Positions 1 to 9,572 of a stretch of 64,000 bases of DNA are shown here, in pieces. Every line of letters starts with the position of its first letter. The stretch's first letter is position 1. Both the position numbers and the translations under genes were made by a program. This stretch comes from Terriglobia bacterium (GTDB lineage: Bacteria > Acidobacteriota > Terriglobia > 20CM-2-55-15): positions 832,001 to 896,000 of the forward strand of contig CBDAOY010000005.1 of the NCBI GenBank assembly GCA_965198225.1, written 5' to 3'. Under the pieces are notes generated by a model, which worked only from the letters and a program-made list of their open reading frames with translations, had not been told where the DNA came from and searched no databases.

Positions 1-2
1 CA

Positions 3-1598
3 CATCGGGTTTACAAGAAAAGCATTCGACAGATCGCCCGGGAGACCGGGCACACGAGACGGACGGCCCGGAAAGTATTGGCCGGGCAGGATCCGAAGTG
101 TCGGCGGGAGAAGGAGCCGGCCTGTCCGGTGATGGATCCGGTGGCCGGGATCGTGGAGGGCTGGCTGCGGGCCGATCGGGAGCAGCCGGCCAAGCAGCGG
201 CACACGGCGCACCGCGTATGGCGGCGCCTGGTCGATGAGCATGGGTTCACCGGAGCCGAGCCGACGGTGCGCCGGTGGGTCCGGGAACGGAAGATGCGTT
301 TGGGCTGGCACCGGCCGGGGGCGGTGGTGCCGTTGGATCCGGAACAGGCATTGGAAGCCGAAGTGGACTGGGGCACGGCCTGGGTCCGGATGAAGAGTGA
401 AGACGTTCAGGTCAAACTGTTCTGCATGCGGAGCCGGTACTCGGGCAAGTCGTTCGTGCGGGCGTATCCGCGGGAATGGCAGGAGATGTTCCTGGACGGT
501 CACATCCGGGCGTTCGACTGGTACGGCGGCGTATTCCCGACCGTGGTCTTCGATAACCTGAAGACAGCTGTGAGGCGGATTCTGAGGGGGAAGGCCCGGA
601 TCGAGCAGGACCGGTTCACGGCGTTACGAGCCCACTACACCTTTGAATCGCGGTTCTGTAATCCGGCGCGGGGCCATGAGAAAGGGGGTGTGGAGGGCGA
701 AGCCGGTTACTTCCGGCGCAATCACCTGGTGCCGGTGCCCAAGGCTCGGGACCTGGCGGATCTGAACGCGCAGCTGTTGGCCGGTTGCCGAGCCGACGAG
801 GGGCGCAAGATCGGCGGCCGGGTGCAGACGGTGGGTGAAGGGATGCAGATCGAACACCCCCATCTGCTCGCGTTATCGAGGGAAGGTTTCTCTCTAGGAG
901 CCTGTCGGGAATTGGCTCCCTCGAAGCAAGAATCAACAACTTACGAGCCATCCCTGGCCTGTAAGTTGTTGATTCTTGGTTGCAGACTTCTTATTCCCGA
1001 CAGGCTCCTAGCCGAGGACAGCTTTCCACGAGTCGACGGTAAAGGCTGTGTAGGGGTGCGGAACAACTTCTACTCGGTGCCGGTCAAGGCCGGAACCGCG
1101 GTGCGGGCCAGCGTATTGCCGGCTTACGTGAAGGTCTGGCACGATGGCCGATGCGTGGCGCGGCATGAGCGCGGTTATGGAAACGGCCAGCAGTTCTTCA
1201 ATCTGGAACACTATCTGGAGGTGTTGGAGCGGAAGCCGGTCGCGCTGGCCGGGAGCAAGCCTCTGGAGCAATGGCGGCAACAGGGTCGATGGCCGACCAG
1301 CTATGACCAGTTCTGGCAGAGGTTGATCGCGCGTCACGGGAAACAGAGTGGGACCCGCGAGATGGTGGAGTTGCTCCTAATGGGTCGGGAGCACGGCTAT
1401 CGCGAGTTGGATGCCGCATTCCAACAAGCCCTCGACTTGGGATGCTCCGATGCCGCCGCGGCGCGCTATCTGATGACCGAGGCCCGACTCGGCCAGCCGG
1501 CGGCGCCGCGGCTGGAAGTGGCCGCACTACGCGCCTACGAACGGCCCCTGCCCGAGGTAAATGCCTACGATGCACTGCTCACCACGGAGAGGGTCTGA
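3..1598 (+). CDS. istA: IS21 transposase IstA (5' end outside the window; carries a 38-codon in-frame MITE)
   Basis: Frame is open from base 3 (HTH-like SIRQIARETGHTRRT); integrase-core motifs EVDWG, FDNLKTAV, CNPARGHEKGGVE. Confidence 0.9.
   Translation, partial: HRVYKKSIRQIARETGHTRRTARKVLAGQDPKCRREKEPACPVMDPVAGIVEGWLRADREQPAKQRHTAHRVWRRLVDEHGFTGAEPTVRRWVRERKMRLGWHRPGAVVPLDPEQALEAEVDWGTAWVRMKSEDVQVKLFCMRSRYSGKSFVRAYPREWQEMFLDGHIRAFDWYGGVFPTVVFDNLKTAVRRILRGKARIEQDRFTALRAHYTFESRFCNPARGHEKGGVEGEAGYFRRNHLVPVPKARDLADLNAQLLAGCRADEGRKIGGRVQTVGEGMQIEHPHLLALSREGFSLGACRELAPSKQESTTYEPSLACKLLILGCRLLIPDRLLAEDSFPRVDGKGCVGVRNNFYSVPVKAGTAVRASVLPAYVKVWHDGRCVARHERGYGNGQQFFNLEHYLEVLERKPVALAGSKPLEQWRQQGRWPTSYDQFWQRLIARHGKQSGTREMVELLLMGREHGYRELDAAFQQALDLGCSDAAAARYLMTEARLGQPAAPRLEVAALRAYERPLPEVNAYDALLTTERV
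894..1011. mobile_element. MITE with CTAG flanks inserted in frame in istA
   Basis: CTAG at 894-897 and 1008-1011; terminal inverted repeats GAGCCTGTCGGGAAT / ATTCCCGACAGGCTC; internal inverted repeat AAGAATCAACAACTTAC / GTAAGTTGTTGATTCTT; net insertion 114 bp. Confidence 0.88.
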
Positions 1599-2404
1599 TG
1601 TCGGCCGCAGCCCACGCCGTGGAACAGGCAACGATTCAGCAGTACTGTAAAGCGCTCCGCACACCCACGATCGGAGCGCAGTTTGTGGCCCTGGCCGAGC
1701 AGGCTCAGCGGGAAGACCACACCTACACGCGGTATCTGGAAGCCTTGCTGGCCATGGAAGTTGAAGAGCGAGAACACGGTGGCTCGCCGGATTCAAGGCG
1801 CGCGTCTGCCTCGCATGAAGACGCTCGAAGACTTTGACTTCTCGCAGTCGAAGGTTCCAGCGACCCGCATCCGTGGACTCGCTGACGGCGGATATTTGGA
1901 ACGCGCCGAACCCGTCGTCCTGATTGGGGAATGTGGAACCGGCAAGACGCACCGGCCACAGGACTATGCGTGGCCGCGTGCCGGCAGAAGAAGCGTGTTC
2001 GCTTTGCGACGGCCGCCGGCTTGATCAACGAGCTCGTCGAAGCCCAGCACAACAACCAGCTCCGCCGGGTCCTGGCCCGATGGTTCCGATACGAATTGAT
2101 TGCCATCGACGAAGTCGGCTACGTCCCGATGGCGGACCTGGGCGCGGAACTCCTCTTTCAAGTCATCTCGGAACGTGCGGAGCGGGCCACGGTGATCCTG
2201 ACAACGAATCTACCCTTCTCGGAATGGACCCAGGTGTTTCCCAATGTGCGGCTCTGCAAGGCGCTGCTGGACCGGATCACCGATCGCGCACACATCATCG
2301 AGACCGGGGCAGAATCCTACCGCTTCCGTCGCACATTGGAGAACCGACAGAAACCGCGGCGTCCGGCCGGAACGGAGAAACCGGCGAAAAAATCCAGATC
2401 CTGA
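1598..2404 (+). pseudogene. istB: IS21 helper ATPase IstB, split by two frameshifts (about 1775 and 1950)
   Basis: Three frames give successive IstB parts: YLEALLAMEVEERE; KTLEDFDF...GECGTGKTH (Walker A); LIAIDEVGY (Walker B), [14 protein letters not shown]. Confidence 0.88.
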
Positions 2405-2799
2405 GGATCGGGCGGATCCCTGATCGTCGATTCCCGGGGATCCTGGAGCAAAGAATTCCTGTTGAAAACCTCCACGGAGGCAAAAGAAAGAAAAAAACCA
2501 AAAAGAAAGAAATTCGGAGCCCTGATGGAAATGACGCCTGAGAGGAAATCCGCACAAGACGCCGATTCCCTCTCAGGCTTGGAAAAGCTTCGCAAACAAC
2601 GCTCAGCTTTCCCACATTCCCACAGGCCCGGCGGTCATCCACAGGACCTTACTAACCCAAGGGGTGGGCCAAATCAGATGATCAAAAGTGGGCCAGACCG
2701 GGTGGACAAACCCAGCAACTCTGGCCGCCCGCATCACCGGCATTCTTGAAGATGAAGGGCTTTCGCCAGACCCCGCGAAGCGGGTTCCCGGTCTGGCTT

Positions 2800-3175
2800 G
2801 AGAGTTGCGTCGGCCAACCAGGTCCCCGCCACCGACGCCAGCCGGGGCAGGAAGTCATTGTAGGTCTCCCCGTTTTCCCGCCTCACGATCGACCGCATCG
2901 CCGCGTTCGCTTCCAGCGTCGACGCATCCACGCCGATCGTCTTGCCGTCGATCAGGCCGGCCCCGGCCAGCCATCGCAGCATCCAGGAGAACACCTCCCC
3001 ATGGGTTTCCAGATCGATCCGCCGACGGGTCCGCGACACCGTCGAATAGTCCGGCACCGATCCGGTCAGTCCTGTTCCCAGAAATTCCCGCAGGCTCAGC
3101 GAATCGGCGCAGCGCCAAGCGATTCCACGTTCCGAATCGAGGCCTTCGAAGTAGCCGACCAGCTGCATCCGGAAT
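2800..3175 (-). pseudogene. DDE transposase fragment (IS1182/IS5-like)
   Basis: LVGYFEGLDSERGIAWRCADSLSLREFLG...PDYSTVSRTRRR...IGVDASTLEANA; truncated at both ends. Confidence 0.75.
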
Positions 3176-3392
3176 ACCAGCCCCAGCCGACCACACGGAA
3201 ATAGGTGAAGTCGGTCTGCCAGAGTTCGTTCACACCGCGGGTGGGATGCTGGAAGTGGTCGCAGCCTTTCCAACACGATCCGGACCTTCTTCTCAGACGA
3301 GTAGGGGTTACGATAGCAAGGGGTACCGCCCAGATTGCTGCAAAAATGTGTGTCCAGTGAAGGCTGGCATGTTCAGTGGGAGGCAGTCCCAC
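3176..3392 (-). pseudogene. IS3-family integrase-core fragment
   Basis: HPTRGVNELWQTDFTYFRVVGWGWY is the typical IS3 W-x-x-D-F-T-Y segment. Confidence 0.7.
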
Positions 3393-3536
3393 CGGGGTAG
3401 AAGTCAGAGCCCCGGAGCTTGAGTTGTATCTGTGGAGGAGACGAAGAGTTATAACCGAATCTGGTTATGAGGAGGGAATCGACACCTCGGACATGCTGCT
3501 CTCCCTCGCCGGGTTATGGGCTTCGCATAAAGGCCA

Positions 3537-4247
3537 CTACGCTGGCGCGGGAAGAGCCGGCGTCGAGAAGGTAATCGCGGTAATGGCCTTGATGCTTCGG
3601 GCTCCGTACCGGAAAGGAACAATGAGACGAAGCGGTGCGCCGTGCCGTGGCGCAATCGGTTCGTCATTCATCATCCATGCAAGCATCACCTGGGGGTGTC
3701 GGAGCGTCTCCACGGATTCGTCCGCGTAGCGTCCGTCCGAGCCGACGACACGGCAATAATGCACTTCGGGTAAAAGGCCCAGGATGTCGGTAAAGTCGGA
3801 GAAACGGACGCCGGTCCACTTGACGATCCCGCGGGGGTTCGGCGCTCCGCACTGCAGGAGAAAGGTCCCGGACACCCGTGGCAGCGGCTCCAGATCCGAA
3901 AACTGCAGTGTGCCGCCCAGCCGAGCCATGCCGCGGGTATCGACTCGGATCGCCATCCGCCGGTAGTCGAACTCGATTTCAGGGGCCTGGCGGCCCGGGG
4001 TTCGCCACATGAGCGGGTCCGTGATGGGGCCCGCCTCGCTCTCGGGGTGTTCCGGCGCTGAGCCATCCGCATTGAGTGGAAGGGATGCCGGAAAGCCTTC
4101 CCGCCTCGGTCGTTCCACGAGCTGGTCGGGCCAGTCTTCCTGCATTCGAGCTTTCCCCGTCAGGGCTTCGGGCTTAATTATCCCCAGCGACAAGCCCGCC
4201 AGTGTCGAGCCTGAGATCGCGATTGCTTTACGTCGTGAGATCGCCAT
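3537..4247 (-). CDS. Tat-exported molybdopterin-dependent oxidoreductase (sulfite oxidase/MsrP-like)
   Basis: SRRKAI Tat-like signal after an AGGAGG RBS; LQCG...KWTGV and HGAPLRLIVPFRYGARSIK motifs. Confidence 0.8.
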   Translation of the reverse strand: MAISRRKAIAISGSTLAGLSLGIIKPEALTGKARMQEDWPDQLVERPRREGFPASLPLNADGSAPEHPESEAGPITDPLMWRTPGRQAPEIEFDYRRMAIRVDTRGMARLGGTLQFSDLEPLPRVSGTFLLQCGAPNPRGIVKWTGVRFSDFTDILGLLPEVHYCRVVGSDGRYADESVETLRHPQVMLAWMMNDEPIAPRHGAPLRLIVPFRYGARSIKAITAITFSTPALPAPA

Positions 4248-4665
4248 GCTGGAACCTCCTCTTTTTGAAAGAAGCGGACTTTTCCGGAAACCGACGCCGA
4301 TCAATCAAAGCGCCGTCACAAAATTGTATGTAGAATCTTCCTCTTTGAGACTCTGAACGTCAAGGTCGGAGACCCCATACAACAACAAGGCAGCAAAAAC
4401 GGCGGTAGTGGGTCAGTTTGAAATTGAGGTTGATTAGGCTCGATCAAGCCTCAGGGATGATCCCGGCCCGGCCGAGTCCCATAGCTTCCAACAGATGTCT
4501 CCGGATCGGTTCGACCTTCCTCGAAGCGTCGTCTCAAGCAAAACGCATCTGCCAGCATCCGGAGCCATCGATCAACGGATTAACCGAAGGTTCCGGAGGG
4601 GCACGAGCAAATGGCCCTCACAGGCTTCTATGTATGCCTCGTGTGCAGGGGAACCGGACGCCGAT

Positions 4666-5454
4666 CTACTTTTCAGCGACGATGTAAACCACAAAGGTGT
4701 CGTCCGCGTCGCCTTCCTCGGAGGGAGTAAACTCTCCGTTTCCTTCCTCAGTCTCTTCGTCGGTGCCTTCCCAGTAGACAGTGGCACGCTGGAATCCTGC
4801 TTCGAGCAGCAGCTCCCGAATCTCGGGCAAAGTCCAGAGCCTCAAGTCATAGGTAAAGGCATTCTTGATCTTTGAGCCGTCGGGGAAGCTGAAGTGGATG
4901 TGGCATAGCATGTCACCGGTGATGGGGTTGTAGACTTCCTGGTCCCAGATATAGATGAACCGCTTCAGCTTCGTGCGTGCGCGCATTTCCCGGTGCGCAT
5001 CCGGGCCCCCGAAGGCATCGAGCATGAAGAGACCGTCATCCAGAAGCCCGTCGTAGACGTTCTGGAAGTACTGTCGTAGCAAGTCCCGGGTCTTGAAGAT
5101 CCAGTAACTGAAGTTCATCGCCAACACGATGTCGACGGGCGCGCATGACACCTCCATCACATTGGCGTTGATGAGTTCGATGCGCTCCCGAGCTTTGGCG
5201 GTCAGTTCTGCGATGTGATGCTCGCACCCCCATTGCTGAACGTCAGCATCCAGATCGACGCCGATCGCGTGGTTGGCTCTTCGCCGGCGAACCCACTCGC
5301 ACGACGTATTCGCGCTGCCGCAGAAATCCTCGCGCAGCCACTTTGCCTTACGCCGGCGCAACTGGCGATAGGTGTCGTCGACGAAGTCGATTTCGGCATC
5401 CACACACTGGACGGCGTCCTCGTATAGGAGGCGCCGGTCGGAGCGCTGGGCCAT
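4666..5454 (-). CDS. Class I SAM-dependent methyltransferase
   Basis: LREDFCGSA (motif I variant), AIGVDLD, DGLFMLD; start placed at MAQRS after a purine-rich RBS. Confidence 0.78.
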   Translation of the reverse strand: MAQRSDRRLLYEDAVQCVDAEIDFVDDTYRQLRRRKAKWLREDFCGSANTSCEWVRRRRANHAIGVDLDADVQQWGCEHHIAELTAKARERIELINANVMEVSCAPVDIVLAMNFSYWIFKTRDLLRQYFQNVYDGLLDDGLFMLDAFGGPDAHREMRARTKLKRFIYIWDQEVYNPITGDMLCHIHFSFPDGSKIKNAFTYDLRLWTLPEIRELLLEAGFQRATVYWEGTDEETEEGNGEFTPSEEGDADDTFVVYIVAEK

Positions 5455-6076
5455 TGTCGCCCCTTTCTTTTTTCTGGAAAACGTGGACTTTGAGGGCATG
5501 CTGGGTGTCCTTCCGAATGATTGCCGGTGTTTATGACTGGCCCACAGTGACCGCCCCCGGGGGGAAACGATCAATCGTAATCCATCGAGAGCCGGCGCGG
5601 TCGTCGAGGCACGAGATAGTCCGGTCTTGCAGTTTGACCTCGCATGAAGCTGGATAGTGACGCCGATTTTGAGACTCACGAGAATGAAGAGGAGAAATGT
5701 GGGCAGAGCCGAGCATCATGGCGGGATCTCGACGGGGACTGGCCGGCATTGTGACGTTAATCGGATTTACAGCGAAATCGTGGTCACGGTTTTCATTTTC
5801 AAGGAGTTGGCCTCCAAGACGAGAAGTAATGGATGCAGAAGTTCCCCGGCGGTATCGACGGCAGCACCTTCGGGATTGTTCAAGTGGGGGTCATTCCCCC
5901 ATTAGTGTCCCCCTCCGGGATGGGTGAAACCCCTCGCCTTTAGGCGGACCGTGCGTGCGAGAGGGACGGTGTACTGTCATAAGGTCGCCGTCTCATGGAG
6001 GCCGCGAAACCTTGTTGCATGGATCATCCCGAAGGATGCCTTATCATCGTGTTTTTCAACACCGGGGATAACTTAG

Positions 6077-6644
6077 ATGCCACATAAGTTTAACGCAGCC
6101 CGACGGCACAAGTTTGATAAGGCGCAGTATCGGGTGATCAACTGGGCGGAATATAACGAGAGCCTGCGCCAGCGGGGTGATCTGACGATCTGGGTCAGTG
6201 AGGAGGCTCAAAGTGTGTGGAGCGCGCCGCGCCGCACGTCACGGGGTGGCCAGCGGAGATACTCGGATCTCGCGATCGAGACATGCCTGACGCTGCGCAC
6301 GGCGTATCGGCTTGGGTTGCGACAAACGCAGGGGCTGATGGGTTCCATCGGCACGCTCATGGGGCTGGATATACGGGTGCCGGACTTCTCCACACTGTCG
6401 CGTCGTGCAAACGGCTTGAGCATCGCTCAGGTGATGAGGCAAGCCGGGTCTGTGGCTGTCCATCTGGTGGTGGACAGTACCGGCCTCAAGATCTTCGGCG
6501 AAGGGGAATGGCTCGCGCAGAAGCATAAAATCAAGGGAATACGCCGCCGCTGGCGCAAACTCCACCTCGGACTGGACCTGGCCAGCGGTGCGATTGTTTG
6601 CGCCAATCTGACTCACGATGACGTTGGAGACAGCACTGCATTAC
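6077..6644 (+). pseudogene. IS5 transposase, N-terminal part
   Basis: NWAEYNESLRQRGDLTIW, PDFSTLSRR, LVVDSTGLK, WRKLHL; cut by the IS110 at about 6645. Confidence 0.88.
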
Positions 6645-6761
6645 CTGATGGGATGGACTCCTCCTTGATGACTGAGTCGGCATCGTAGTGCCAAAGTCAT
6701 TGTGAAGCCTCGCGATGGTGCGGGCTAAACACGAGGACGTGTAAACAAGAAGGAGTCCGAG

Positions 6762-7796
6762 ATGAAGAGTAAAACGATCGCAGTGGATCTGGCAAAGAAT
6801 GTTTTCGAGATTGGGATTTCCGACCGCCCCGGGCAGATGACGAAGACATACCGTTTAAGCCGGGGAAAGTTCTTGTCGTTTTTTGCGAATCAGGAGCTGG
6901 CGACGGTCGTGATGGAAGCCTGCAGTGCCGCCCATCACTGGGGACGAGAGATCCAGAAACTGGGGCACACAGTGGTACTGATTTCACCGCAGTATGTCCG
7001 GCCCTACGTACCGAGGAGTAAGACGGATCGGGCGGATGTAAAAGGGTTGCTGGAGGCCCACCGGAATGCCGATATTCGGGCGGTACCCATTAAGACGGTG
7101 GCGCAACAGCAACTCACCGCCCTGCACCGCATCCGGTCGACCTGGATGCGGACCCGGACGGCGCGCATCAACATGGTGCGGGGGCTGCTGGGAGAGTTTG
7201 GGCTCGTGCTGCCGACGGGAGCCCGGCGGCTGGTGCCCGGAGTCATGGGGTTGATCGAAGATGCGGATGTTGAGATCCCCATGACCGTACGCGTCATGTT
7301 CTCGGAAGTGTGCACCGAAATCCGCGAGCTGGAGGCACGCATTCAATCGGTGGAGCGGGAGTTGGAAGCCCTGGCCCGTCAGATGCCCGAGGTGGCCCGT
7401 CTGCGCTCGATCCCTGGAATCGGGCTGTTGACTTCCACGGCGATGGTAGGTTTTGTCGGTGACCCCCGACGGTTTCGATCCTGTCGCCACTTTGCCAGTT
7501 ATCTGGGACTCACCCCGCGTGAGCGTTCGAGCGGAAACCGGCGTCGGCTGGGAGCGATCAGCAAACAAGGCAACGTCTACCTGCGGATGCTGCTCATACA
7601 CGGTGGCCGCACTCTGCTATGGAGTGCGCATCGAAAAGGGGCGCAACCTTCGGCTCTGCAGAAATGGGGTCTCCGTCTCCACACACTCCGCGGGCACAAC
7701 ACGGCCACGGTTGCTTTAGCCAACAAACTGGCCCGCACGGTTTGGGCCGTCTGGACACAGGACACGGCGTACGAGGCTGACCGACGGGCGGCCTGA
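6762..7796 (+). CDS. IS110-family DEDD recombinase/transposase
   Basis: IAVDLAK, VVMEAC, SKTDRAD (DEDD); LRSIPGIG, SYLGLTP, SSG, ISKQGN, VALANKLAR. Confidence 0.93.
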   Translation: MKSKTIAVDLAKNVFEIGISDRPGQMTKTYRLSRGKFLSFFANQELATVVMEACSAAHHWGREIQKLGHTVVLISPQYVRPYVPRSKTDRADVKGLLEAHRNADIRAVPIKTVAQQQLTALHRIRSTWMRTRTARINMVRGLLGEFGLVLPTGARRLVPGVMGLIEDADVEIPMTVRVMFSEVCTEIRELEARIQSVERELEALARQMPEVARLRSIPGIGLLTSTAMVGFVGDPRRFRSCRHFASYLGLTPRERSSGNRRRLGAISKQGNVYLRMLLIHGGRTLLWSAHRKGAQPSALQKWGLRLHTLRGHNTATVALANKLARTVWAVWTQDTAYEADRRAA

Positions 7797-7799
7797 CAC

Positions 7800-8000
7800 C
7801 ATGACTGTAGGAACATCCTTTCAGTAGACTGCGACGACGTTCGAGTTGATGACGTACCGGTCAGACCGGCGCGGGGAAACGCCGGAGAAGCCGTGGCCCC
7901 TGGAGGCCGTTTACCCGGTTGGCACCCCGCGCGCGAATTTCATCATGGCCCGGAACTCAAACGTTCCATTCGAGAGGCCGAAGATACGGATGCAGTCGAT
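7800..8000 (+). ncRNA. Candidate bridge RNA/seekRNA of the IS1111-type element (boundaries approximate)
   Basis: Position downstream of the transposase as in IS1111-type elements; short segments match both target flanks and both element ends (see findings). Confidence 0.65.
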
Positions 8001-8101
8001 CTGTCACTCAACTCGAAAATCAAATATCAGGATGCTGAAAAGAATCTTCGGGAAAAGGATATGGGACAGCTGCGCCTACTTGACAGGAGGAGTCCAGATA
8101 C

Positions 8102-8507
8102 GGCTCCTGGATCAACTCGATGCCCCGGTCACGGGCTTTCTGGCTGACGGCGCCTATGATGGAGCTCTACACGAGATCTGCTGAGGGAACGGTATGGGGA
8201 GACCCTGGATGTGGTTATACCGCCGCCAAAGAACGCAGTGATCCGACCGCAATCGGCGCGGGATCCAACCGATCGGGATCGCCATATTGCTCAGATCCGC
8301 AGCAACGGACGCATGGCCTGGCAACTGGCCACAGGGTACAACCAGCGCAGCCGGATAGAAACGCAGATCGGCCGTTGGAAGAGCGTCATCGGCCCCAAGC
8401 TCAAATCCCGCAGCTTCTCCAGGCAAATCACGGAGATCCAGGTCGGCCAGAAAGTTCTGAACACAATGACCGCACTCGGACGGCCTGTGTTCGAACGTAT
8501 CGCCTGA
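8102..8507 (+). pseudogene. IS5 transposase, C-terminal part (further frameshift/stop near 8165-8200)
   Basis: LLDQLDAPVTGFLADGAYD, then VIPPPKNA...GYNQRSRIET...RWK in another frame. Confidence 0.85.
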
Positions 8508-8838
8508 CGCTACCGCTTGGGAAAGGGCGAATTCCATCTCCGCCCCGATCCATGCAACAACGCTCAGCAGTACTGAACTCGACGCCGAGGCGCACAACGC
8601 GATGGCGGAGAGCATGAACGAAGGTCCGGCGTAAGCGGTTTCGGGGATTTGCTTCCTGGGGATGCGCTGCTCTTACCGCGACGCGATTCCATTCACAATA
8701 TGAGGGAGGACGGACCGCGACCGGCCCGCTTCTGGAAGCTCCGCTCATTGCCGAACCGGCGACTTGCAGGCCGGCGCCCTAAACGCCCTCGTCCGGGTGG
8801 GCTTGCGGCCGCTTCACATTTCCGTCGCGTCCGTGGGC

Positions 8839-9435
8839 TCAAGCGCCCGGGCTGTTCCAGATACACTTCATGAAGTTGAATCGCTCTCCGTCCGCCGCGT
8901 CCCGGAATGCATACCGCGGATCTTCCTTTTCCTCCGGGATCGTGTAAGGCAAGCGATATCCAAGCCACACGGCTTTGAACGGATCGAACTCCGGGCGCGT
9001 TCCGGTCTCTAGCAGCTCCAGTATGGATTCTTCGGCTCCAACTCGCGTGCTGCGCGTCGTCAACGGGCTGTTCAGCAGGACCAACAGGTGCCCGCGTCCC
9101 CGCCGCCGGGCCAGTTCACGGTACTTCTTGCGCTTGCGTTCGACCAGATCCCGCGCTCTGACTCCCATCACCGCATCGGGTTCCCAATATCCTCCGCCCA
9201 CGTTTCCGGGCTCCGCGCCCCACAACCACTTAGCTTCGTTCGAGTTGTAATAGGCGCCTGTAACCTCTCCCCAGGAGGTCATGACAGTTCCATCGCACCT
9301 TCGAATGTGGAAGTCGATGTCGGGTGGATCTTCATCGGGCCGGGTCGAACGAACCTCGGCGTCCATATGCTGCCCCAGCGCAACAGCCCAGCAGCTTCCC
9401 CAGTAATCCTCGTGTTGACGTTTCATATTGGACAT
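8839..9435 (-). CDS. Hypothetical protein, possible PD-(D/E)xK-like fold
   Basis: 198-aa ORF; EDPPDIDF...WGEVT pattern. Confidence 0.55.
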   Translation of the reverse strand: MSNMKRQHEDYWGSCWAVALGQHMDAEVRSTRPDEDPPDIDFHIRRCDGTVMTSWGEVTGAYYNSNEAKWLWGAEPGNVGGGYWEPDAVMGVRARDLVERKRKKYRELARRRGRGHLLVLLNSPLTTRSTRVGAEESILELLETGTRPEFDPFKAVWLGYRLPYTIPEEKEDPRYAFRDAADGERFNFMKCIWNSPGA

Positions 9436-9572
9436 TGGTGTGTATGCGCCCGCAGGGACTCAAACGATATCCAGCCGGGCATTTCTGAAACCGGAGCAGG
9501 CAGTCCAGCAGTTCCGTCGCGACTTGAACGTGGGCGCAGATGCTTGTAGCCGGTCTGTTTCAACGCGTCGAG

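Larger units (their letters stand above)
1..2714 (+). mobile_element. IS21-family element (left end outside the window)
   Basis: istA-istB pair with overlapping TGA/ATG at 1596-1600; repeated GTGGGCCA units at about 2664-2695 and a CA-ending terminus near 2714. Confidence 0.88.
6645..8101 (+). mobile_element. IS110-family element, IS1111 type
   Basis: Sub-terminal inverted repeats TGGACTCCTCCT (6654-6665) and AGGAGGAGTCCA (8085-8096); about 300 bp non-coding region downstream of the ORF; TTGACA at 8080-8085; no long target duplication. Confidence 0.88.
6010..8563 (+). mobile_element. IS5-family (IS903-like) element interrupted by an IS110
   Basis: Inverted ends TTGTTGCATGGATC (6012-6025) and GATCCATGCAACAA (8547-8560). 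Confidence 0.85.

Noticed and set aside
1760-1960. istB frameshifts as programmed recoding
   Set aside because: Two separate shifts with no slippery run; decay or sequencing error is more likely.
5900-5950. GAAACCCCTCGCCTTTAGGCG as an IS200/IS605 end
   Set aside because: Resemblance is short, and there is no tnpA, tnpB or partner end nearby.
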